The translations under genes were made by a program, and so were the position numbers. The notes under the pieces were generated by a model. That model was given only the letters and a program-made list of their open reading frames with translations, was not told where the DNA came from and did no database searches. Positions 37,804-45,628 of a stretch of 64,000 nucleotides of DNA are shown piece after piece. The DNA is taken from assembly GCA_024638915.1 (NCBI GenBank), contig JAHEJJ010000005.1:670-64669 (forward strand), given 5' to 3'. Numbering within the stretch: position 1 is the stretch's first letter; each line of letters begins with the position of its first letter. The DNA is from Robiginitalea sp. GTDB lineage: Bacteria > Bacteroidota > Bacteroidia > Flavobacteriales > Flavobacteriaceae.

Positions 37804-38385
37804 TTAATTCGTCAAAACTATATTATTCTTTTCGATGATTTTGCGCAAATTGATCAGGGCATAGCGCATACGCCCCAGGGCTGTGTTAATGCTAACACCC
37901 GTATTTTCAGATATTTCCTTAAAACTCATGTCGCGGTATATCCTCATCATCAGTACCTCTTTCTGATCATCGGGCAACTCCTCGATCAGCATAGTCAGAT
38001 CGCTATCGATCTGATCTTTGATCAGTTGTTTCTCGGCATTGAGCTTATCATCGCCCAAAACAGAAAAAATATTGAAATCTTCCGAGCCTTCGAAACGCGG
38101 CATTCTTTTGTTTCTTCGGAAATGGTCGATAATAAGGTTATGAGCAATCCGCATAACCCAGGGCAAGAACTTACCCTCCTCACTATAATTTCCTTTTTTC
38201 AGGGTTTTAATGACCTTGATAAAAGTATCCTGGAAGATATCTTCAGTGATATCCCTGTTCAATACCTTGGAATAAATAAAACTGCTGAGGCGTTGATTAT
38301 GTTTCAGGATCAGCTTCTCAAGCGCCATTTCGTCACCGCTGATATAATCTCTTACTAGAATAGAATCTTCGATCTGTAGTTCCAT
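37804..38385 (-). CDS. RNA polymerase sigma-70 family (ECF-type) sigma factor, copy 2
   Basis: Collinear with copy 1, with roughly two dozen substitutions over about 193 residues by eye. The start MELQIEDS at 38385 is preferred by homology to the ATG at 38391. Confidence 0.88.
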   Translation of the reverse strand: MELQIEDSILVRDYISGDEMALEKLILKHNQRLSSFIYSKVLNRDITEDIFQDTFIKVIKTLKKGNYSEEGKFLPWVMRIAHNLIIDHFRRNKRMPRFEGSEDFNIFSVLGDDKLNAEKQLIKDQIDSDLTMLIEELPDDQKEVLMMRIYRDMSFKEISENTGVSINTALGRMRYALINLRKIIEKNNIVLTN

Positions 38386-38507
38386 ACACATTACTTTTTT
38401 GGTTAAATAAGGGGCCCTTTCAAGAAGCAGGGACTTCAGCTATTTAGGTTAAATCACAAAAAAGTAATGGTCTATGTATAGGCGATCTGTTACGAATTAT
38501 TATAAAT

Positions 38508-38515
38508 CAAATATA
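38508..38515 (-). promoter_or_regulatory. Candidate -7 promoter element (TATATTTG) for sigma factor copy 2
   Basis: The reverse complement of caaatata is a perfect TAnnTTTG. It lies about 123 nt upstream of the ATG at 38385, which implies a long leader. Confidence 0.4.
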
Positions 38516-38607
38516 GAAAAAATATGAGTTGATAAAAAAACAATGTTGTGATTTGACGGTTTTTTGAGGTATAATAACACTTATTAGTTATTGAAAACCC
38601 CATGTTG

Positions 38608-38615
38608 TATCTTTG
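38608..38615 (+). promoter_or_regulatory. Candidate -7 promoter element (TATCTTTG) for uvrA
   Basis: Perfect TAnnTTTG match ending only 8 nt before the uvrA ATG at 38624, which implies a very short or absent leader. Confidence 0.45.
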
Positions 38616-38623
38616 CAAATTCC

Positions 38624-41413
38624 ATGAGTAAACCCATTTCCATTTCAGAGGCAGACCCCAAAGACAATATTATTATTAAGGGGGCTAAGCTACACAACCT
38701 GAAGAACATAGACGTTGTAATCCCACGTAACAAGTTGGTGGTGATCACAGGTTTATCGGGTTCGGGAAAGTCCACCCTGGCCTTCGATACCCTTTATGCC
38801 GAGGGTCAAAGACGCTATGTTGAGAGTTTGTCATCTTATGCCAGACAATTTTTGGGGAAACTCGACAAACCCAAGGTCGATTTTATAAAAGGGATCGCCC
38901 CGGCCATCGCTATCGAACAGAAAGTCAACTCCACCAACCCACGCTCCACGGTAGGTACTTCCACCGAGATATACGATTATTTAAAATTATTGTACGCGCG
39001 TATAGGTAAGACCTTTTCCCCGATTTCCGGAAAGCAGGTCAAGAAACACACCACCTCGGATGTTGTAAACCATTTAAAAGGATTCGAAGAGGGTACCCGG
39101 CTTCTGCTTCTGGCACCAATAGTTGTTCCCGAGGACAGGGATCCACAAAAGATATTGCAGGTTCTATCTAAACAAGGCTATGCCCGGATAAAATTCAAGA
39201 ATAGTATACATCGGGTGGATGAATCTCTGCCAGGTCTCGGAAGAACTTTTGAGCTGGTGGTAGACCGGATCGTGATGAAAGATGATGAAGATTTTTTCTT
39301 TCGCCTGGCTAATGCTATCGATACCGCTTTTTTTGAAGGCAAGGGCGAATGTATGATCGAAGAGGTGGAAAATGGGAACCGTCATATTTTTAGTACCAAG
39401 TTCGAGCTCGACGGTATGATCTTCCCCGATCCCAACGTACACCTGTTCAGCTTTAACAATCCTTATGGGGCCTGTCCAAAATGTGAGGGCTATGGCGATG
39501 TCATCGGTATCGACCAAAAGCTTGTAGTACCTAACACGGGATTGTCGGTATATGAAAATGCCATATTTCCCTGGCGCGGTGAAAGCATGAGCTGGTATCG
39601 GGATCAATTGGTGAACAGTGCCTATAAGTTCAACTTTCCCATCCATAAACCCTGGTTTAAGCTCAGCGAAGCCGAAAAAGAGCTCGTATGGTCGGGCAAT
39701 GAATATTTTATCGGCATCGATAACTTTTTTAAAAAACTGGAAGAGAAGAGCTACAAGATACAGAACCGGGTTATGCTCTCCAGATATAGGGGTAAGACCC
39801 GTTGTAGTTCCTGTAACGGAAGGCGTCTGAGAGAGGAGACCGACTACATTAAACTGGGTGGCAAGTCCATTTCAGACCTTGTAGAGCTTCCTATCGATAA
39901 GCTTATCAATTTTTTTGACACCCTTGAATTGAAGGCGCACGACAAAAAGATTTCTGGCCGGCTGCTCAAAGAAATCACTACCAGGCTGGGATTCCTGAAT
40001 AAGGTAGGATTGAGCTATCTGACGCTGAATAGGAAATCCAATAGCTTATCGGGTGGTGAAAGTCAGCGTATTAATCTGGCCACTTCATTGGGCAGCAGCC
40101 TGGTAGGCTCTATGTACATCCTAGACGAACCGAGCATTGGCTTACATCCCAAGGACACCGAAAGCCTGATAGGCGTGCTGAAATCACTCAGAGATCTTGG
40201 AAATACAGTGATTGTTGTTGAGCACGATGAAGATATCATGCGTGCCGCCGATGAGGTGATCGATATTGGTCCTGAGGCAGGCACCCACGGCGGAGAAGTG
40301 GTCGCTCATGGTAATATCGATATAGTTTTGAGTTCTTCCTCTCTAACCGCAGGATATCTCAATGGAAAGCTTAAAATTATAACACCAGAAGCAAGACGTA
40401 CATCTAAAAACTTCATCACTATCAAGGGAGCCAGGGAAAATAACCTCAAAAATATCGATGTGCTTTTTCCGCTCAATATGCTCACTGTGGTAACCGGTGT
40501 CTCAGGAAGTGGCAAAAGTACCCTTGTTAGAAAGCTTCTGTACCCCATCATACAAAAAGAGATCGGTGGTTATGGAGAACGTGCCGGTCAGTATACCGAA
40601 TTCGAAGGGAAATTCCAGGCGATAAAAAATGTGGAGTTCGTGGATCAAAACCCGATAGGACGTTCTTCCAGATCAAATCCCGTAACCTATATAAAGGCAT
40701 ATGATGACATCCGAAATCTATTTGCTACGCAACGATTGAGTAAGATAAGGGGTTACCAGGCGAAGCATTTTTCATTTAATGTAGATGGCGGACGCTGTGA
40801 GAAATGCAAAGGTGAAGGCGAGATTACCGTCGAGATGCAGTTTATGGCCGATGTGCATCTGGAATGTGATACTTGCAAGGGAAAACGCTTTAAAAAAGAA
40901 GTCCTGGAAGTAAGGTTCGAAGAAGTCAACATAGACGATGTTCTTAATATGACCATCGATAACGCCGTAGAGTTCTTCGAAAATACCAACCAGAAACGGA
41001 TCGTGGGAAAATTAAAATCCCTGCAAGATGTCGGTCTTGGTTATGTAACATTAGGACAGTCGTCTTCTACCCTCTCGGGAGGCGAAGCACAACGGATAAA
41101 ACTGGCTTCCTTTCTGCTAAAAGGGAACGACAAGGATAAAACGCTGTTCATTTTTGATGAACCCACCACAGGGTTACATTTTCACGATATCAATAAATTA
41201 CTCACGTCCTTCAATGCGCTAATCTCCAGGGGGCATTCGATAATTGTTATCGAACATAATATCGAGCTGATCAAATGCGCCGATTACATTATTGATCTCG
41301 GACCCGATGGTGGTGAAAAAGGTGGACAACTTATTGCCTCAGGGACACCGGAAGAACTGCTTAAATCCGAAGCATCGTATACCGCCAGATACTTGAGGGA
41401 AAAGCTCGATTAA
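38624..41413 (+). CDS. uvrA: Excinuclease ABC subunit A
   Basis: About 929 aa. Two ABC ATPase modules (GLSGSGKST and GVSGSGKST Walker A; two LSGGE signatures) and Zn-finger CxxC pairs. The track ORF starts at a TTG at 38591; the ATG at 38624 (MSKPISI) is preferred. Confidence 0.95.
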   Translation: MSKPISISEADPKDNIIIKGAKLHNLKNIDVVIPRNKLVVITGLSGSGKSTLAFDTLYAEGQRRYVESLSSYARQFLGKLDKPKVDFIKGIAPAIAIEQKVNSTNPRSTVGTSTEIYDYLKLLYARIGKTFSPISGKQVKKHTTSDVVNHLKGFEEGTRLLLLAPIVVPEDRDPQKILQVLSKQGYARIKFKNSIHRVDESLPGLGRTFELVVDRIVMKDDEDFFFRLANAIDTAFFEGKGECMIEEVENGNRHIFSTKFELDGMIFPDPNVHLFSFNNPYGACPKCEGYGDVIGIDQKLVVPNTGLSVYENAIFPWRGESMSWYRDQLVNSAYKFNFPIHKPWFKLSEAEKELVWSGNEYFIGIDNFFKKLEEKSYKIQNRVMLSRYRGKTRCSSCNGRRLREETDYIKLGGKSISDLVELPIDKLINFFDTLELKAHDKKISGRLLKEITTRLGFLNKVGLSYLTLNRKSNSLSGGESQRINLATSLGSSLVGSMYILDEPSIGLHPKDTESLIGVLKSLRDLGNTVIVVEHDEDIMRAADEVIDIGPEAGTHGGEVVAHGNIDIVLSSSSLTAGYLNGKLKIITPEARRTSKNFITIKGARENNLKNIDVLFPLNMLTVVTGVSGSGKSTLVRKLLYPIIQKEIGGYGERAGQYTEFEGKFQAIKNVEFVDQNPIGRSSRSNPVTYIKAYDDIRNLFATQRLSKIRGYQAKHFSFNVDGGRCEKCKGEGEITVEMQFMADVHLECDTCKGKRFKKEVLEVRFEEVNIDDVLNMTIDNAVEFFENTNQKRIVGKLKSLQDVGLGYVTLGQSSSTLSGGEAQRIKLASFLLKGNDKDKTLFIFDEPTTGLHFHDINKLLTSFNALISRGHSIIVIEHNIELIKCADYIIDLGPDGGEKGGQLIASGTPEELLKSEASYTARYLREKLD

Positions 41414-41454
41414 TATTGCCGCTTCCTGTACCTACCCAACTAAGCATAGAAATC

Positions 41455-41495
41455 TTATTGACAATTATTGATTTATATTATTGATAATCAATAAT
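41455..41495. promoter_or_regulatory. Operator-like repeat cluster: three direct TTATTGA repeats ending in a 9-1-9 palindrome
   Basis: TTATTGA occurs at 41455, 41465 and 41478. ATTATTGAT-A-ATCAATAAT at 41477-41495 is a perfect inverted repeat, about 90 nt upstream of the ATG at 41584. Confidence 0.5.
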
Positions 41496-41583
41496 TTATA
41501 TTTCTATAACAATTTATGGCACGCTAATTGAAAAGTATTAGTTGGATGTAAATAGTTACGTCTGGAACTAAAAACAAAATGTC

Positions 41584-42840
41584 ATGAAAAGGTTAGTATT
41601 TTATTCCGTGATACTCCTGTTGGGCATCACCTATGTCCAGGCAGAAGTTGGAAAAGACAACTCAGCAACATATTTTAATAACTATGGGAAATCCTTCATT
41701 TTTGAAGAGAGCGGCACTACGTTTTCAGTGTATCCCGATGGTGAATTCGACTTTTACATCAATAACCGTCTCAATGCAGGCGCCTTTGTGAGTACAGGTT
41801 CGGCCAGTTTCACATTCAACTCTGGCTATAGCTACAACTCGTATGTTCAATATGATGATTACGGTGCCGTTATCCAGGTGGAAAATGTACCGATTTATTA
41901 TGATTATTACGGGCGGGTAAGCCAGATCGGTAATGTCAATATTTGGTATCGCAACAATCGCGTCAGACGTATAGGTGGTTTAAATGTTTATTATAACAAT
42001 AGAGGTTATTACGATTATTGTACAGGTTATGTCAATATATATAACAGACACTATGTTTACCGACCCTATCACCGATACTTTGTAAGACCTGTTGTTGGAT
42101 TTTGTAATGTATGGACAACACCCTATCGTAGGTATTATTACCCTACACGATATACCTATTACAGCCCATACTACCATAATTACAGGAGGTCCTATGTGCA
42201 AGTAGGCAGGCCTTACCGCCACTATAATAAAGGACACCACAGGTCACGTATTTACAGGAATGACCGTAGAGTAGCCGTCAGGAAGAACCATGGCAGAAAC
42301 GAATATGGCCATACCAGGGGTGAGGTTCGATATGCGAACAACCATAGAAACGGTACCAGGAATACTGTGCGAAAAAACAGTGCCGTAAGATCTTCCAGCG
42401 GGAACAGGAGCAGCCTGACCAGGTCTAAAGCTGTACGAAATTCAGACAATGGTAGGAATACTGTGCGCAGATCGGTGACCAATAGTGAGCGTCCCCAGAC
42501 AAGGGGTGCCTCGAGAACGATAAAGCGAAGTGATGCATCTCCTAAGGCGAGAAATATCGTCAAAAACAGCCGGGCTGATAGTCCGAAGAGACAGGTCACA
42601 TCGAGAAGCTCAAGGACTGTGGTCAAGCGCAGCACTAAGCCAGAGGGAAGAAGATCTTATGAAAGAAATACAAAATCGACTAAGACTTCAGTTGCGAGAT
42701 CTGGAAACCGGGAGGTTAAACGCAGTACAAGCATAGCACAAAGAAGGCCTTCCGATAGGAGCAAATCTAGTAGTGCTAAGAAAAGTTCAAGATCTAATAA
42801 GAAAGGAACTTATAGCCGAAGCAGCAGAACAGTGCGATAA
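41584..42840 (+). CDS. Secreted low-complexity protein: Tyr/Asn/Arg-rich N-terminal region plus Ser/Arg/Lys-rich polybasic tail
   Basis: 418 aa. Signal peptide MKRLVFYSVILLLGITYVQA. Repeated G-x-V-x-x-I-G-x-V/L-N-I/V-x-Y-x-N-N-R units. The C-terminal ~200 aa are almost entirely S/R/K/N/T, with internal repeats (GRNTVR twice, SSRTV twice, VKRST twice). An exact 14-nt repeat AGGAATACTGTGCG occurs at 42358 and 42454. Confidence 0.6.
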   Translation: MKRLVFYSVILLLGITYVQAEVGKDNSATYFNNYGKSFIFEESGTTFSVYPDGEFDFYINNRLNAGAFVSTGSASFTFNSGYSYNSYVQYDDYGAVIQVENVPIYYDYYGRVSQIGNVNIWYRNNRVRRIGGLNVYYNNRGYYDYCTGYVNIYNRHYVYRPYHRYFVRPVVGFCNVWTTPYRRYYYPTRYTYYSPYYHNYRRSYVQVGRPYRHYNKGHHRSRIYRNDRRVAVRKNHGRNEYGHTRGEVRYANNHRNGTRNTVRKNSAVRSSSGNRSSLTRSKAVRNSDNGRNTVRRSVTNSERPQTRGASRTIKRSDASPKARNIVKNSRADSPKRQVTSRSSRTVVKRSTKPEGRRSYERNTKSTKTSVARSGNREVKRSTSIAQRRPSDRSKSSSAKKSSRSNKKGTYSRSSRTVR

Positions 42841-42868
42841 AGATAGTTTTTAGGTTGGTTAGTTGTTG

Positions 42869-42905
42869 AGCCCTGCGGTGGATTATTCCCCGTGGGGCTT
42901 TACCT
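42869..42905 (+). terminator. Probable rho-independent terminator
   Basis: Stem agccctgcgg / ccgtggggct (10 bp including two G-U pairs) followed by T-rich sequence. It overlaps the 3-prime end of the convergent flippase gene. Confidence 0.45.
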
Positions 42906-44354
42906 TTTAAACCAATTAGAAAGCAATCCAAATATGTCCTCAGAAATCTTAAATCTATAGAGGATCCCTATATACATTAGGCTCATAAGCATACTCTTGA
43001 AGATAATATTCACGATGGGATGAAAAGTAAAATTGAAAAGGTAAAAGAGCGCCCCAACAAAGATCAATAGACCTAATACTTTGAATGTATCGGCAGTAAA
43101 GGGAGCCATATCGAATTTGCGTTTAACAAAAATCAACTTGGCAATATTATAGGAAGCGATGGCCATAAAACTTGCAACGGCAGCGCCATTTATTCCAAAT
43201 CGGGGTATGAACCAAAGATTTAACAGGATTGTGAAAACCACCAGAAAAATACCCATTAGTAAAAATATCCTGTAGTGTTCGGAGTTGAACAATATAGCAT
43301 TGTTATTTCCCATTAAGGCATCAAAAACCTTTGCCAATCCAATGAACAAGACAACGGTAAATCCTCCACGGTAATTAAGAGGCAATAGTTGATATAATTC
43401 TTCGAGATTGAGCAAAACAAGTAAAAAAATAAGTCCGGCTATGATAAAAAGCGTGAGTGAGCTCTTTTTATATAGTTCCTTTAATTCGGTGCCCGAGCCG
43501 TTATTCATAAGTTCTGCCGTCATAGGATAGGTGATCTGGTGCATCGCCCGGGAGGGAACCGCGATGACCGTTGCAATAAAGATGGAGACAGTATAGTACG
43601 CTACATTTTCTATGGCTATAAACTGATTGATCATAAATCTGTCGATCTCCAGCAAGATCACCGCCACTGAACCACCCAAAACGATAAATGTGCTATAAAG
43701 CAAAACTTCTCGTGTGTTGGAGGGCAATGAGAAAGAAATTTTCGGCAGGGACAGGCTATAGGCATACAATTTCATTATGAGCGTCCTCAACAGATATATA
43801 CCCACCAGACATTTTAAAAATCCTTCCACCGATAGCCAGTCTAGGGAGACTAAAACCAGGGCTATACTAATACAAATCCTGGCGAATACCTCTTTCATGA
43901 AATTTCCGAATACCGACCTTAGGTAAACCTTTGACCAGGCATAAAAGACCTCAAAATACGCCATCGCCATACCGATGAGGAAAACATACCATACATAATT
44001 CCCGACAATATCGTTCTTCCTCGACAAAAAAGCGGCTATGGCATCGTAAGAGATCCAGCTCAATAAGGCTATGGGCAAAATAAACAACATTGGCAGTAAT
44101 AGCATCATTGAAAGAAAGTGCTGTTGCTCTTGCCGCTCTTCATACCCACTAAAATACTTGACCAAAGTATTTGGTACTCCAAGTGCGAGTATGGGCATAA
44201 GAATTACCGAGGTAGACAGTATTACCCCAACCAATCCGAAATAAGCTTCTGATAGAAATCGGGTATACAGGAACAGTACATTGATCGCACCTATGCCGAA
44301 ACCAAGATAGGTGACCACCGTATTTCGCATCGACTGTCTAAAAATTATTCCCAT
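42900..44354 (-). CDS. Wzx-like polysaccharide/oligosaccharide flippase (MOP superfamily)
   Basis: 484 aa with about 12-14 TM helices. Typical polysaccharide-biosynthesis-protein architecture. Its start overlaps the GT4 stop by 10 nt. Confidence 0.7.
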   Translation of the reverse strand: MGIIFRQSMRNTVVTYLGFGIGAINVLFLYTRFLSEAYFGLVGVILSTSVILMPILALGVPNTLVKYFSGYEERQEQQHFLSMMLLLPMLFILPIALLSWISYDAIAAFLSRKNDIVGNYVWYVFLIGMAMAYFEVFYAWSKVYLRSVFGNFMKEVFARICISIALVLVSLDWLSVEGFLKCLVGIYLLRTLIMKLYAYSLSLPKISFSLPSNTREVLLYSTFIVLGGSVAVILLEIDRFMINQFIAIENVAYYTVSIFIATVIAVPSRAMHQITYPMTAELMNNGSGTELKELYKKSSLTLFIIAGLIFLLVLLNLEELYQLLPLNYRGGFTVVLFIGLAKVFDALMGNNNAILFNSEHYRIFLLMGIFLVVFTILLNLWFIPRFGINGAAVASFMAIASYNIAKLIFVKRKFDMAPFTADTFKVLGLLIFVGALFYLFNFTFHPIVNIIFKSMLMSLMYIGILYRFKISEDIFGLLSNWFKR

Positions 44355-45628
44355 TTGAGCTCCTCTGCAAGTTTTTCTGTCAATGATCTTCTGCTATACA
44401 TAGTAATGGTATCCGGACTCAAATGTAGCTTCCCTTTTTGAAACAACTCATACCATTCCAATATTTGCCTTTTTAATGTCTCTGAAGCTTTATGGGTAAA
44501 ATAGACACCGGTTTGGGTATTTTCCACCATATGGCCGGCCTCCCAATCCACAGGTCCTATCGCCAGTATAGGTCTTTTAGCGGACATATATTCAAATAGT
44601 TTCCCGGGAATAATCCCTTTGCACTCGGAACGATCGATTTCCAGTAAAAGTAAAACCTGAGAAGATCTTTGATAGGCCCGAGCCTCCTGATGACTGACAT
44701 AGGGGATAAGGGTGGTATGATCTTTCAGCCCATATTGATCGAGGCTCTTTAAAACATCTTCACCGATCAGGCCCACGATTTTAATATTAATTTGCTTGCT
44801 CAGGCCCGGATTTTCATCGATGAGTTCCGAGATGACTTTCCAAAGATTTGTTGGATTGCGGCCACTGAGCAAGGATCCAATATATGAAAGCGTGAACTCC
44901 TGGTCCAATGATATGTCTTCCATAGATGCACTGGACTCGTAGCCATTTGTGATTACCGTTATAGGCTTGGTTGTTATCCGGCAGAATTCATCGCGGGTCG
45001 TCTGGCTGGTGGTAATGATCTTATCGGCTTTGTTTAGTACTAGACTTTCGAGCCTTTTATGCTTTTTTTGGGCAGCAGAACCAAGATTTAGCTTTTGGTG
45101 GTATCCGATACTGGTCCATGGATCCCTGAAATCGGCAACCCACCTGATTTCTGTTTGCAGTTTAACCTCTAGGCCAATTAGATGTATGCTATGAGGCGGG
45201 CCTGTGGTAATTAATGTTTCAATTTGTTCATCCCGAATGATCTTCAATATTTTTTTACTGGCGGGCCCCACCCAAAACTTTCTGGCATCGGGAATAAACA
45301 GGTTTCCCCTTATCCATATCATGAGCCGTTCAGACCAGCTTTGTGATTCCTCTTTGATGATCCCAGAACTTATCGTGTCGGCTTTTTTTCCGAAGAGCGT
45401 CTTGGCCAGCGAATAAGGTTCAATTATTTTCTGTCTGTAAATGGGCAGACCTTCGGGGATATCATCTAACAAAGATTCATCTTTTATTGGATAATGCGGA
45501 TCATCGGGTATGAAGACCACTGGCTGAAAACCGAATTCTGCCAAATATCTGGTGAAGCTCAACCATCGTTGTACTCCAGGCCCTCCTGCCGGTGGCCAGT
45601 AATAGGTTATCACCAAAACTTTAGGCAT
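44345..45628 (-). CDS. Family 4 (GT-B) glycosyltransferase
   Basis: The start MPKVLVITYYWPPAGGPGVQR is a GT4 N-terminal signature, and an E-x7-E-like C-terminal region is present. The start at 45628 overlaps the YfhO stop by 8 nt. The track extension to 45676 is rejected. Confidence 0.8.
   Translation of the reverse strand: MPKVLVITYYWPPAGGPGVQRWLSFTRYLAEFGFQPVVFIPDDPHYPIKDESLLDDIPEGLPIYRQKIIEPYSLAKTLFGKKADTISSGIIKEESQSWSERLMIWIRGNLFIPDARKFWVGPASKKILKIIRDEQIETLITTGPPHSIHLIGLEVKLQTEIRWVADFRDPWTSIGYHQKLNLGSAAQKKHKRLESLVLNKADKIITTSQTTRDEFCRITTKPITVITNGYESSASMEDISLDQEFTLSYIGSLLSGRNPTNLWKVISELIDENPGLSKQINIKIVGLIGEDVLKSLDQYGLKDHTTLIPYVSHQEARAYQRSSQVLLLLEIDRSECKGIIPGKLFEYMSAKRPILAIGPVDWEAGHMVENTQTGVYFTHKASETLKRQILEWYELFQKGKLHLSPDTITMYSRRSLTEKLAEELKWE

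Larger units (their letters stand above)
36461..38385 (-). repeat. Tandem duplication of a [sigma factor + 47-aa ORF] transcription unit
   Basis: The two units (36461-37257 and 37589-38385) share gene order, gene lengths, the 68-nt intergenic spacer and a TTAACCAAAAAA block just upstream of each sigma ATG. Confidence 0.8.

Noticed and set aside
39164-39646. 160-aa ORF antisense within uvrA
   Set aside because: uvrA is unambiguous on the plus strand. The antisense frame is low-complexity and has no independent signals.
41980-42635. Two minus-strand ORFs (86 and 127 aa) inside the low-complexity gene
   Set aside because: The open frames are a by-product of the biased repeat composition. The plus-strand frame has a signal peptide, an upstream operator-like site and a downstream terminator. 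Strand assignment should still be confirmed experimentally.
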